DNA from: Iphione sp. A-MEVVRFRX5 | Lineage: Eukaryota | Length of the DNA stretch: 64,000 bases | Direction: 5' to 3' | Assembly (NCBI GenBank): GCA_976226885.1 | Contig: OZ320314.1 | Location: 48,918,001-48,982,000, forward strand | Shown here: in pieces, positions 13,101-28,100 of the stretch | Layout of the letters: every line of letters starts with the position of its first letter | Numbering within the stretch: position 1 is the first letter of the stretch | Translations under genes and position numbers: made by a program | The notes under the pieces: generated by a model | Database searches by the model: none | Seen by the model: the letters and a program-made list of their open reading frames with translations, nothing else | Told to the model about the DNA's origin: nothing

Positions 13101-16100
13101 GTAATAAAATATGTGGGCTGCTTAAAATATATATTAATCTCAGACCAAGACCCAAAGGTTTAATTAGCTAAATTCCTCGATATGAGGTCACTTTTAGCTT
13201 TATTATTACCATTGTATAATAATTCAATACTTCAGTACTTCTATATGCATATACAATACTTCAGTTTAACTATATGCATATACACATCTATATATTGTTC
13301 GACAACTACTTCGACTGAAGTGTCCTGCCTTCTCAAAATTTTGATTTCCTGACCAACAAGCAGAAGCTGATGGCCATGCCGCTTTAAATTAAGTATAAGC
13401 TGGTTTATAATTTTTCGGGTAATCATTATCTTCAATATTGACATAAATTCTATAGAGCGATTGGTAAAATATGTAACACTATATCTGCTTATTTCGCTTT
13501 TCGTGTCAGCCGTAAACTGCATGATCTTAAGCCTACTTGCTACGTCAAAATTGCACCTGGTTTTTATCCAGATCTTGATCCATGAGCTCGCTCTCCCCTT
13601 GCTCCTGAAACGTGATGATGATCAAGGCCACGAATATGTTGATGAAGAAGAAAGGAAAGACGATGAAGTAGACCACATAGAAGATCGCCATCTCCATGCG
13701 GTATCCAGGCAGAGGCCCCATGTTCTCGTAAGTGGCATCCATGGAATGCTTAAGTACACTGTCAACGGAAAGTATGACATGTAGGTGCATATTTTACTTG
13801 TTTTCACTACATAGTTTGCAACACCTAATATTATACGGATCTATATCCACTCCATAATGTGAAACACCTAGTATTATACTGACCTGTTTCCATTACAACA
13901 TTTGCAATACATAGTTGTATTGCAATCTGTTATCACTACGAAATTTGCAACACTTAGTAGTATACCAACCTGTTTCCACTACATAGTTTACAACACTAAA
14001 TAGTATATCTGTTTCCACTACATGTACATAGTTTACAATACTTAGTAATATACCCACCTGTTTACACTACTATAAATTGCAAGACCTAGTAGTATACTAA
14101 CCTGATTCCACTACATAGCTTGCAACACATAGTATTATACCCACTTGTTTCCACTACATAGTTTGAAACACTTAGGTGTGCATCAAACAAGATTATGGTA
14201 CACATGTAGCTTTTTGTTTAATATTCTAATTTGCTTGGGACAACATTTCAAAATATCTACGCCGCTTCCCACAGAAAGCAAGGTACTGATATTCCTGTGG
14301 TTATAAACTTACTCTGGCCATCCTTCGCCTGTTTGAACAGTGAAGAGAGTAAGAATGGCAGTGAGAACACTGTCATAGTTGAAATCCCACCGTTGCCACA
14401 GTCGGGCTTCAACCTTGGGGACTGAATTGCCGCCGTCGTAGACAAAGTAGTCCCCTCTGAAAGAAGAGATGAGACAAACCATCATGACTTGTAAGCACTT
14501 TGCAATAATAGTATCTTTTTCAAAGAACAGAATCTGTAACAGAGTCTGTTGAGTTATAAAGGCTACAGCATCAAATAGGGAGATAAACGCCGGCGTTTAA
14601 ACGACGTGGTTACAGTCTCATAGAAACTGTTCTTACAGATGTTCTAGTTTTTCTTCTGTGATTGATGGACCACACAAATCTAGGCGATAATTAGAGAAAT
14701 GGCTAGCAATGATGTATTTCTTTATGCTTTACATATGACACTTAATGCAACAGTCGTAGGACAGTTAAGAAATAATATGTCATCTTCCATTATGACACTG
14801 ACAAGAAAACATCAATATGATATATATGGGATTGGCTAACTGTAGTACAACATTACTGATTCTTTGTGCAATATCATTTGAATACCATTTGCAAGGGCTG
14901 CTAAACCAGCACTGGCCGTCTAGTTGTGCAGATTTCCTGAAAACAAATTCAGTTACTTACTGGCATTCTTCCTCTCGAAGTTTGGATGCATCCGTACAGT
15001 AAAAGAATTTGCCCTTGAAGAGCTGAACAGCTATCACGGCGAAGATGAACTGGAACAGCATGTAGACTATCATAATGCTGAGAACATTCTTCAGAGAGTT
15101 CACCACGCAGTCGAAGACCGCCTGAAAAGAGAAACAACACATATTAGACATCAACATGAACTTGCTGAAACGAGAATCAACAGAAAACTATATCTCATAC
15201 AAATAAATTGTAGGAGAACCTGTTAGGGGTGGTGGGAAGACCTTTCCATTCCTGAGATGAAGCTTAGGAAGGAAGATGACATTTTCCAATTCAAGTACCT
15301 GTATATCTATGCATATTTATATGCAAAGCCCAGGTTTACACCATGAGAGCTAACTCTGCCTTAAGGAATAAAGCAAAATCGATACACAGACTACAACTAC
15401 ATGATGACCATATAAAACTCGAGTATATTTTGCTTCAACTGAAGACAATTATTGGAGATAAATACAGCTGACGGTCAAAAGAACTCAATAGAAGCCTCAA
15501 TAAACTTGCCTTGAGTTTAGGTACTCGATTGATGGTTTTGAGAGGTCGAAGGACGCGCAGAACGCGGAGTGACTTGATGGTGTTTAGGTTTTTTCCTGCA
15601 CTGCCACTGTCACTGTAACACAGACAGAAATACTTCAAATCACGGCCTTACATATGTGGAACATTGAGAGTCTCGTGGTTGTTGTTAAGTTAAACGTTAG
15701 ATATTACATAACAGCGTCAGTAACTAAAGGGGTGATGCTCTAGCGGCCATTTCTTCCACCAGTTATGCCCCTGCCATTCTGTAGAGCCACCCTGCTACTT
15801 TTGAATTAAAACATAATTTAAGCTCAAATACAAGACAAAAACTGCAGACGCAAATTTATCTTTCAACTGGCTCTGGAATGAGAACCGATGATATATTAAG
15901 AACGTCTGATTAGATTAACTATTTATGATACTATTTATAAATTATGATCTTAAAAACGGAAATCAGAATAATCTTAAAAAGTTAATTAGTACAGGTGAGA
16001 AATCCAATATAATTGTTTACTTTCGATAAATATATTTTTCTTTACAAGCAACGTTGCACATTCGGTATATTTAATAAGAAGTATCACTTCAGTTATGTAT

Positions 16101-19100
16101 AGCGTGACAAATTAATTACTCACTACCTGCTTACATTATCTAGCTTTCATAAGGTAGTGATATTAGGGTTTTTTTTAAAAGCTTTTACTCATGCCATTCT
16201 TGACAAACACGGAGGCTTACTGGGACCATCGTGAGCATCACCCAACTTCAGTAACAACAGAAAGATATGGGAGACTGACATCATAATACACACCAGCTTT
16301 CAGTGGGACACACCATGTCACCATATACTTAACTCACGGCAAACGCAATCTGAACAGAGAGATACCTATGGAAATGATATGTTGGTTATTGGTAAAACAT
16401 AGTTTAGCTTATGCCTTTCCTAATTTAGTTTGAGAATATACGTCATAAAAATGGAAATGCAGTCCTCTTGAATGAAAGAAAGATGTAGGGAATACAGAAG
16501 ACACTTCTTGTCTTGATGTTCGATTCTAGCCTATTTAATCATCCGGGGATCCTAATAATTTAGATTATAAACCAATATATTGGTGCGACATAAGAAGGCT
16601 CTTTTCGATTTTGATTTCCAAGAAGCTTAAAAAAGTCTAAATGTTTTGTAATCCTTTAAAATATCTATAATTTCTATATTTATCGAAGGAACAATCTTGG
16701 GAAGCAAGGTAACTAAGCAGGGAAAGAGTAGAGGTAGCTTTCGGCCTTTCTAAAAAAAGTCTATACTTTAACGACTTCTTGGCATCAATTTTTCCATTAG
16801 AGCTACATCTACAACATCTAATGAGCTGGAAATAGCAGCCTAATAGTGTAGAAAGATCTTTCCCTATGGCGAATGTCTACATACTTCTATGGAATGATGT
16901 CATGGAGGAACCAAAAGCAATGGTGCACAGGACGCTAAAAGTTATGACGAGGTACGCCTACACGACCAAGGTCTTATCTTATTTAAATCTATTTAGAGGA
17001 GTCTCTTGCACAAGAAGAACATGTTCCACACGGTATCTAAACCAAGAATATTTTCCTCTGCTATATCTCTATTTCTATATGGAAATGCCTAAACACATTT
17101 CATAAACATATAAGCCTAGAGAAATGCATACAATTTGCATTGGTTTATGATAAAAAATGTGTATATCAGTAAGAATAATTTAGATATATTTGCCAAATCA
17201 TGATTTACGTTACAAAAGATGTCATCGGCACGTGTTAGAATAACTCCCGGTTTTAAGGAAATGAGTATCTTTGACTTCAATAAATAGGTGATTTTTAGAG
17301 GTCAGTTTGTGATTGTTAATCCCCATATTCACAAGAAGTTATACAAACTTAAATTAGTCTTCGAGTAGTCGACAGTGAGACATCTACCCAGATTTCTCCG
17401 TGTTACGATTAGTTTTTTTCTTAGAAAAATTAGCCTGATTAGACCTTAAATGATACTAAATGATGGAAACAGTTTACGTTAAGCATACATTAAATGAGTA
17501 AGAGCACAAATATAATGCAATAATCAGCCTTTGTAACCTTGGAAGTTCCAAAGATGATTTTGAAAAAAAATTGTGCCATAAGATGCTGAGTATCCCATGC
17601 TTTTTGCATTTTTTAAAGTTTGAGTTATAACGCATATCTCACTAATCCTCAATTCATTGCATACACTTGATATACACATTCACTAGTGCTTTTGGTGACT
17701 TGCAGTTAAGTACTGTTGTGTGGTTCATTTTTAAATAACGTAAATAATTTCACAAAAATTCAAAATGCATAAAGAAAACTGTGTCGTTTTGAATGCTTAT
17801 TGGGGCAATTTCTTGCTTTCGTTGCTACGTGAAACAAAACGTAGATGAAATTCAAACAATCAAAATAATCATTGAAGCAAGGCCATGTAAATAACCTGGA
17901 GATCTTTACATTAACAGGAAACCAGAACAAACTTGGAGACAGATTGGATGAAAAAAGGAGACAATTTCGTCATAATGTACACTGGCCCTGAGCATGGCCA
18001 CTTGATGTAGAGAACGACAACATTGGCTAATTCTTAGTTTATATATATAACAATGGTCATAAAAGTGCGCATATATAATAAAAACAAAGTCATATATGTA
18101 TGTATATATATGTAACATCTGGGCAGGGATGGTTAGGACAACTGCTGTTATTCGTCACTCCTGGGTTTATAGGAGCTTCAGGCCATTAAGGCTCACTTAC
18201 CCACAGGCTTTGCAGTTGCTATAGTAAAGCAGCAGAAATCAAAAGGATCTGATAAGAAGCGACATTAAACAATGAGGCGACAGACACAGACAAGACATTG
18301 TGGACCCGGGAAAAGGTGCATTGGATCGGGCATAGTCTACCAGAGCAATGGTAATTGCAATACAGTTTCATTGACATGGGGTTGAGATTCACACAATCAA
18401 CTTGGGAATATCTGTGCATCGTTGGTTTTCAGTGCTCCTTTCTCAGAGGCTATAACAGTATAAGTGTTAATGTGTTAGGAGACATGAAACTGTATTTCAA
18501 CCATTTAAAATCAGACACGGGCCAAGGAAGTTATTGGATATGATTACTAGTTATAAAGAAAAGCTACTAGAATGAGGGCTCAGGAAGTAGAGATGGAAGA
18601 AAAGAAGCTCACGCTGATTCGAGACGAACCATTGCACCTTTTTAAAATCCCTGGCGATCACGTGGTGAATACCTAGCATCACATGACAACCAATCATCCA
18701 ATCAAAATCATTGATAGATGAACCTATCAGCACACCATTTAGGTGACTGACTACAGTAAAACATAAGTCTTGGTCGGACGATCGGTGGGCTTTATGTGCC
18801 ATGCCCTGTCGCATATGCACTTACCATAGGATGTATTCCATTGGGGAGGCATCGTCAGGCGATTGGTATACAAAAAAATCTTCATTCAAAGTCTACAAAT
18901 TAAGCTAAATCATTCCTCACCACGCCATAAATACGTAATGATTGTGCGTTTCAAGTTAAAATTTTAACGGCTGATGAAGTGGCAACATACGGGGCAGGAG
19001 AGAGGACACTCCCACTCAACACCTGGATTACCGCCCATATTAAAATCTCAAATAATCATTGTCAATGCACATAGACGCCAAACGTAACTGAGCTGTAAGT

Positions 19101-22100
19101 TTCAACATAAATATCAACAATATGAAAATTATCAACACCATATAAGTACTAAAATAGGAACACAATATATATGGGCTTTCTCTTTTATCAATGGAAACTA
19201 GATACTGAGAAAATGAATTAATAGAAGTATGATATGTTAGTAATTAATATCTTAGGGACTCTTTTTATTGATTCATTGAGGCAATATTCATTCAGAGAGG
19301 AAGGAAGGGCTGTTGGGATTGCCACAAAATCAAGCAGGTATCAAAGAATCGGAACAGAACACAGCCGGTTACTATAGCGAGCATTCTACAGCATTCTGTG
19401 CTATTAGTACTATGGACAATTCCTCCATACACTTCAGTTTTAACACGTGCGTTATGTATCTGATGGTTCAAAAACGTCGTTACTGGTACAAAATGCCTGG
19501 TTACCAAAAAGGCCTATTTCCCTTTTGAAACAAGTGTTTGGGGTCAATTTTGATTTTTTGTTTTTAATGTCAAATTTAAGTTTACAATTGCTCTACTTTG
19601 CTATAGTTTCTCGAAACATTACGTTGTGTTTTCGCAAATGGATCTATGCGCTTGCTCTACAGAATCGAATTGCTAATCACGAGAAAATTACAGGATATGT
19701 TTTCATCGCTCTATTAATAAAACAAAAAGCTTCCATTCCCATATAAACCTCAAGATGAAAGATATTTAGTTCGCTTTCATGGTGGATTAGCAATTACGCC
19801 TGCACTGAAAGGAAAATGCGTAATATAAAAGGTGAACTTAAAAACTTAAAACAAATGATAATAAATAACTCTCCTTTCTTAAATTATATCAAGGATTGTT
19901 AAAGTCAAAATATGACTATGGATATTGTTAGTAAAGTAAAACGTGCTTTTTGTAGAGATTCACTGTGTTGACAGAAAGTCATAAATGAGGAACCCCCCAA
20001 AAACCTTGTACTGAAGCTAATTTCCGAGAAAGAATTTTCATGCGCGATGCTGTTTCTGAAAGGTATTTTCAAATACAAAATGCCACTTTAAATCCCAAAG
20101 ATAACCGTGATTCATGACGTGATCATGCCACGACAAACACAATTGGAAATAGTATAGGAGAGTAAAATACGTATATATATAAATAAAAGGGTAACGATTA
20201 GTTACTTTAGGGAGAGGTATGGGAAGAGGGAGCAGGGGAGGGGGGATTTCATAATAAACAAATATTCTGGCACAAATACTATCTACGGTTAAAAAAATCG
20301 TTGGCAACACGAGTGCTAACCAGGTAAATGCCGCTGGCAACAACCTTCGACATTCACATCCGCTTTAAAAATGGTGTCAATCTTCGTCGAATGATCCAGA
20401 TGGGCGTGTTTCTCCTACTGCAGAATGCATACATGTATATATACATATACATATATACATATAAGATGAAGCACGAAGCGTGTAGTTGAGCAAGGGCGAC
20501 ACACGAAAAGGGCACACGAAATATGGGCATCTATTCTCGGCACAACGGTGTAGTCACATACAGGGTCAAACGACTATCTGATATATTCACTGCACCACAC
20601 AGACAAAATATGTTCAGGAGGGAACCGCCATAGATCAGTATCAATTTCTTTTCCCTTCCTCGCGTTCCGTTCCGTCGTTGCCTGTCAAGGGGCCGCGGTG
20701 CAAACGTAGTGCCCCTCGCCCCCTCTGACGGCAATGCGGAGAAGTATATCTTGGGCGATCACGGATGGGAAGCCCTCTACTTTGAAAGGTGAAGCCAAGG
20801 TCAGATGACTTACGTAAAGGTGAAGGCCACGAGGGCACAGATGACCACTGTGGCGTCTAGGATGTTCCAGAGGTCGCGGCAGTAAGCGCCCGGATGGAAG
20901 ATGACCCCAAGGTCCACCACCTGGAAATATAATGTAGCCGATGATGGCCGTAAAATATATCATATGTATTGGTACACAGGACATTTTTATTTTAAAGGAG
21001 GTGACCTGGTGAGTCGCCAGGAACAATCTTCTAAAAATGAATGTTTTTGTGTATGATTTTCGCAGATGACGTATACAAAGTGCACAAATTTATAGACACT
21101 TTAGACATGGATGGAACTACATGTATGACAATGACGCATGACGAAAACAGATATATCGCCCAATATACTTTGTACTCATAGATATTTGGTTACTACATGC
21201 AAGTTAACCCCTTCCTGACCAAATATGCCTGAAGCTCAGGGATGGTTAGTAGATGTGATTGAAACTGTAGCAACCTACACTAATGATTTCATTCATTTCT
21301 TATGGAGGCAATTCATACTTAACACCCATTTAGAACCCCTAGTTCCCAGATCAAAGGCTCTGATTTTCACCATATATATACACTAACTCATGGGTCTCGA
21401 GGTCTGCACTATGTTTGACAGAAGTACATATTTTATTTCTTAATCCCTTTCACGCAGAACTCTACACTTGATTGTGGGGGCGAAATATAATCTCTTCAGC
21501 AAACAGACAGCACAGTCACATTATCAGAAAATCCTGGATATTCATGATATTGTAACATTATTCCTCACGAGTGCACCAGCCAGTAAAGAATTGACGGCTG
21601 ACTTCAACCTGGAGAGGACTTCTTTGGGCATTGACAGGTTCTTGAATGGTTACAAAGTAGAGGAATATTGAATGTTGAGCAGAGACTGACCTACTACCTA
21701 TTATTATGTATGTTTGACATGCAGATCACAGGAAGGAGCAGAGCTAGGAGGACAAGTATCACTAGGTGCGGAGATGGGCCTCGCTTTGACCTTGCGAGAC
21801 CAAGACTTCAGGCATACAGAACCAGCTTTGTGTACAGGGGTGGACGGATATGGAATGCACTCAATCCCGCGATAAGAGGTCTGGCAAAACCACAATTCAA
21901 GGCCCAGATCAAGAGGATGATACTATCTGGGATGATTGAATCTGCATTGACTCTCTAATGTCCTTGTGTCTACACCCCTGAGGCAACTGTAGCTGCCATG
22001 ATCTAGACAGCACAAGCAGTATAGCATGACATGGACAAAGATGGAGCTGTACTGAATGGCTCAACTCATTTTTACACTTACATTAATCTGCCATAAGCAA

Positions 22101-25100
22101 GTAGTTCATAGCTTATTCTTCGCTTAGAAGTTTACCCCATAGTTATGAGTATCTGGTTGAAAAGCATCCCCTGCATGGGTGACATCTGTTTTGCTCAATA
22201 AAATTCATTGTCATTGTCATTGTCATTGTCATTGACTCTTCCCCTTTCCACCACGAGGCAGGTAGTATGTGGAGGGGAAAGGCCCCTGGTGTTACTGCAG
22301 GGAACTAATACCTATTGACTGTATCCAAGCAATCTGCCGCCACATTTGAAATCCAGAATTTGACACTGCCAGATGTGTGCCCCTCAGCATAGGTCGACAA
22401 TTTCTTTCTTTTGGTTGAATTGATGCAGTGAAGACAGGATAAGAGCTCGCTCTTAACCTGTTAGCATAGATACTACGTTTACCTACCCCATACTAAAACC
22501 GTGCACCGCCCGACAGAGTAACTGACAAAAAAAGACAACAAATATGTACCCACCAGCCATGGTCTTCCCTACCACAAAAAAGGTCATACATCAATGTAAA
22601 ACCAAAGAGGCGAAGCAAGTTACATTGCCGATGTCACAACATCTCTACCCTAGGGAAAACGAATGGAGTACATGTGGGTTATGTAGTACAAAAGTAACTG
22701 TAACTGACACGTACCTTGAGTACCATTTCTATGGTGAACACTCCCGTGAAAACGTAATCGAAGTAATTGAGGATAACGTTACGGTACGAGCCCTCAACTA
22801 CAGGATCCTCAGCGGCAAGTGCCACGCTACTGGCACAGATGACAATCATAATAAATAAATCAAAATATCGGAGATTCACGACAAAGTGGCAGAAGCGGCG
22901 CACCCTGCAAAATAAAAGAAACATAGGGTTCGATTTTTTGGTCCGATAATTCGAGTATGAGTAGGAAATTAAATTTTTTGAAATAGTTTCGGAGGGGGGG
23001 GGGGGGCGTTAATGTTTTTTTTTCCAATGGTTTACCAGGAACTCGACAGAAAGAAATAAGAAAGGAGGCAATGTCATTTACATACCGACCGCTCTTTCAA
23101 CTCATTCATGTTTCAGTTCAAGATTTTGTTTCGTCTTCTCACTTTACATGCATAGCAACTGCACATACAGCGGAAAGTCACCTTAGGGGCACATCTTCTA
23201 TAGGGGCATGTCTCTAATAGGGACGCTTCAGGAAAGAACAGGTCCTACTTATTCAATATTAAAAGATGTCTCTAATGGGGACACATCTAAAATTGGGACA
23301 CTTTGGGACAGGACCAAGGGTGTCCTGATTAGAGGCTTTCCACTGCATGTATGTGTGTGCAATCTGCTCATTTCTAACAATTATGGCAATGGCACAGTGT
23401 CATGTTTGGGCATGATGGTGCATACTCAACTGATGCAGGGGGAGTTTGACAAAAGGATGGTCGTACATATATATAGCTAGGCACACTGCGTGTGTGTTGG
23501 ATAGACTGAGACTTGTAATTCTTCTTGTGGACGTTATGGGATATTCCCACTGGAGGAATAGTCTGTGCTTAAAATATAATAGTTTCTTATGGCCTCTCAC
23601 TTCTAGCGAGTTTAGTCCAATTATCCTCCTCAGTGAAAAAGCACTTTCCAGTAGACCAAATATGTGGTTGCTAACGATGGTAGCGGGGCAAACTTGGCTG
23701 TCAATTAACTTAGTGGCTCATATCTCCTATCATTGATAAAAGAGCTGTTACTCTGTCCAACTCCAGAGTTTGCCCTCCGTCAACATTGTGTTTATCATTT
23801 CTGCACAAAGGTTATTAGTAGAACATGTGTTTCAAGAGCTGGAGAGAGAAACCTGCAGAGGAGAACCATCTTGTAATAGCCAAATAGTACTCACGGATTG
23901 GTGGGGCCAAAGATGAACATGGAACTGTACGGAAGCATGGGTTTGGGGCCCCCAAAAGGTGCTCCATCTCCTTCTCCCCCTCCGTCTGCGCCACTGCCAT
24001 CTGAACACTCTGCAAAAAGACAGCATGGAAAATATGGTTTAGTTCTCCTCTCTCTCAAAACAAAACAGTATCTTAGTTGGCTTGAGTGAAACTCGGGGAA
24101 TTACACTCAAGGCGAACGGAAAACAATTCTCTGACAACAACGGCTAAGCACAATAAAAATCTTTAGACCATTCTTGCACATGACGTGTTTGATAACGTAC
24201 ACAATCCGAACAAATCTGATGACAGTGACATTATCGTAGTTCTCATGCAGATTGTAGAAAAAGAAGGCAAAATGTGCATATCATAATCGCAACGTGTCGA
24301 TAAGGAAATTAGAAAGAGTTATTTATTTCATTCAGTTGATTCGTATCATTCTGGACTTTGTTAATATCTGTTCGGAATCGAATGACTAAAGGAGGAAAAA
24401 ATCACATTCAAAAAGATAAACAGTTCCAACACTGATATTTTGGTGCAAGTTTCCTCTTTACAATGTCTACCATGAGGAATATCTGAATGAAAAAAAGTAT
24501 GAAGAAAACCATGTTTTACATATATAGGGGTATCCAAAAGAGGGTAGTGAAAAATAAAAATGGGAGAAAAGTTTCTAGGAGAAGTGTGATAATGTATCCG
24601 GTGTGGCTTACTGGGCAGAACTCTAAAATTAATAACGACTGGGTAGTTTTAAATATTTATTCGATTGCGATATTACAGACCACTACTGACAACGGCTCCA
24701 TGGTCCCCATGCACATTCACCTCGACGAACTGAGGCCGTATGTTAAAAGCAAGTGCCACCTTGAGACCTGTTATCTTTAATTTAACCTGGATCTTTCGTT
24801 ATCCCAATGAGACTCCAAGCATTACGTAGTTAGTACTTTACCATTAAAGACGAATATAAATAAGGATAGAAAAAAATAACCTTCATTCTAAAGGAAAGAG
24901 TGCAGCAAATACATGAAGGTTGATACTGAAATTAAATTGTGCATGTTGATTGGAGAGAACCGCATCCTTTGCCATTAGTACCATTAATCCATTGTTGATC
25001 TAAGAGATTTAAGCAAATGCCCTAAATGATACCTTTTGACTCATCTTTCCCTTCTTTGGGGGCTGAAAGGTACGTCAAACATAAAAGTTTTTTTTAAATA

Positions 25101-28100
25101 TAAAAAATTGGATGAGACAAATCGAATGGCTGTTTTTTCAATTAATGAATTTACATTTTAAATATACCCATGAAATATTGGTAGAACAATCAGCAAGAAG
25201 ATCGTCAGTTAGAGAAGTTTTAAAGGTTTCGTCCGAAATATTCCGAAATAAACAGGTTTAATTTTTGTAGTGCCTTTTGTATAAAATATCTGATAAACAT
25301 TACACCTCGACAGCAAGAATATCAATCTTTGAAATTCAGGGTGTGCCTGTGATCTGGAGGAATGCTGATTTGTATTTAAAATATCAGCAAATTCAAAACC
25401 GTAAAGGTCTCTGTGGTGAAACTGAGAAAGACCAGTGATTCGAACACCGTGACTTCAGGTCCTTATAATGAACAACATGAAAATTGTTAGTACAAAGTTT
25501 TTCCACCAGAAGTCTCACCTGAGTCGGAATCTCCACCGCCACCTTTTCCGTCAATGTTGATGGCGACTTGTTTTCCGGTGCTTTTGTTGAGGTTGCTCTT
25601 GTCTAGATTACTCTTCCCATCACCACTGAAAGAAATGCTGCGAGTGAAGGTCCCGTCTTAGAATAAGGCCATCAACAGACACAGGGCACGGACACACACA
25701 CACACGATATGACAAACAAAAGCCCATCGCTTGCAAGCATTGCCTCTCGCATCAGCCGCCTCGACAAGGTAGATTCAAGGTCAAAGAACTTGAATGAGGT
25801 ATTGGACCAGGGTGGAAGACAGAGTTAATTCACGTAAGGGAACGTATATTCAGCTAGTAAGTCAAGTTAGTCCTTGTCCTCAACGGAAGACCAGGAATCT
25901 AGTCAAGTTTCGCTAATACTTCGGTACCACAGACAAAACTTGCAGCGCAGACGGATAGGAGAAATGCTTTACACTATTACACTTTTAGATTGCATATAAT
26001 GGTGACATTTGTCGGCAGAGGCATCCCATAAAACATTACGAAAAAGAGAGGAATGGAATATGAAAAAGAACTCCCCTCACAACACATGAGGCTGCACGTG
26101 TAAAATTAACACTTATGCTTAGGTGTTTGGCAAACAGTCAGCAAGGAGCCCATAAGTGGTCAGTACGATTGGCAATGGCAAGTGTGCGCATAGTCACGTA
26201 TTGAAACAGAGGTATATGACTCATTTATAATGAAGGATTTTGTCGGACGTGTAAAGAACGTCTGGATTATATAACAGAAAGGTGATCTTACTGATGCATT
26301 TAGGGACTTATATAATGACTAAATCAATAAAGCTAAGTGGATAAACTGGCTATACATGTATACGCCACAGTCAAGAATATTACCGATGGCAAGCAAATTA
26401 ATTATGCTTGATATATGAACATTCAGAATCGGGTGAGGCACAGACAAATTTACAGATTGTCACAAAGGAATGAAGCTACTGATTTCCTTCAACATATCAA
26501 AGCAACGAAACCATTTCTTGTACTTCCTTGTAATGCATGCATTTTCTCGACATCTTCATTCAAGTGAAGATCCCAGTTTTCAACTTGGAGTATTCAATAG
26601 GAGTATGAATAGAGAACACTACTATTTAAATGAACAAAAGTCATGCATGATTCCATATCTATTACGGCTTTATTTGCTATGCGTATCTTTCATAATTTTA
26701 GAATTCTATAATTATGCTAATAACTCAGAATTAAGACCAATGATAGAATGGGAAGATTTTACCCGTAGTTCTGAGGTATCCTGCTACCTGAGATGTTTAC
26801 TTTGCAGAAAATAAACCACTGGGGCCGACCAAATGTGCTCTTGATTCTGAGTTGCCTGCCTAATTGAGTTGTCCACAAGGTTAGCTACTACAGAACACAT
26901 AATTCATGTTTAACAGGATACTTACTATGAGAAGTTTCCTGTTTTTGGATCCCTATCGTTATTCTGTGGGGACGGCGGACATATGTTCACTTGGGGCGGT
27001 GCTATTCCCATTGGGATCTGAAGAGTCTGCACATTTTGGCCTTGTTGTTGATCTGCTGCGAAGTCGTTCTTCTTCTACAATGAACAGATACACAAACAAT
27101 AAAGAACTGGAAGCTTAAACACAGTATTACTCAAAGCAGAAGCAGAAGCAAGCACAATATAATCACCATCCTCATTTCAGATCAACACATGGGAACTTGC
27201 AACGAATTCGAACTTAAATACAAAGAATTAAATTATAGTGAACATTGAAGATTAAAAAAAGAGATCACTCAGTGGTAAATTCCACCACATATTATGGCGG
27301 AGGAACCCATGTAAACAAGCTAGTCATGTCTCCGCAACTAAAATTAATGGAAAAATTACTGAAAAAAATTAACGTTGGTGTAAAATGGTGAACGTTCCAG
27401 ATGGGTGCACATAGAGATTCTTAGGAAGCATTTCACTTAATGTGGTACGCAAACGAAAGATATTTCAGAGTAGTACATAGTAATTAGATATGCAATCAAT
27501 TAAGTGTGAAAAATGAGCTAGAATAAAGACAGATAGCTGCATTCGGTGAATTTGGTAATGTAAATGGAATTCAGATCATGGAAATAACATTATTTTCCCT
27601 TTATAGTAGATTTCGAAGCCCTAGTAGTTATTTCAGTTGCGACGGAAAGTGACGCTTCTAAGTGACTGTTGCTGGTAACGTTAATATCTTTATTCCCTAA
27701 ATGATAGAGAAAGACAGTTTCCCTCGGAATAGCTACATGGAAATATGAAACACTGTGTTAGTAAAATCGCCGCTACTATTTTACATTATCTGTTTTGATT
27801 AGAGTCTATTTTCTATGCCGCCACCGGATAAAATAAAAAAAAACTTCATTTGTGTTGGAAATGCATTTTCATCACTTTTCAATGTCTAAACCGAAATGCA
27901 AAATGAATTCTTCTATGTAATGCAAGCCAGGAAAGGAAAACTTATCCCTTTGAAGGGAACTTTGAAGTACAGTAGATGAAAATGCATAGGATGATCGTGC
28001 ATGATCACGAGGCCACTGGCAATGTTGGGCCCTAGTCAGACCCATATGTCCTTAGTTTGCTCTGAAGTAGCCAAACAATAGCACAGCACTTCATGTAATC

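Noticed and set aside
18825-18892. 68-nt block with tag acceptor and gtaagt donor in the IIIS3-S4 intron
   Set aside because: Open only in phase 0; the incoming phase 2 hits a stop at once. At best a poison exon, with no further support.
24721-24767. 47-nt exon-like block in the II-III linker
   Set aside because: Purine-rich acceptor and not frame-preserving.
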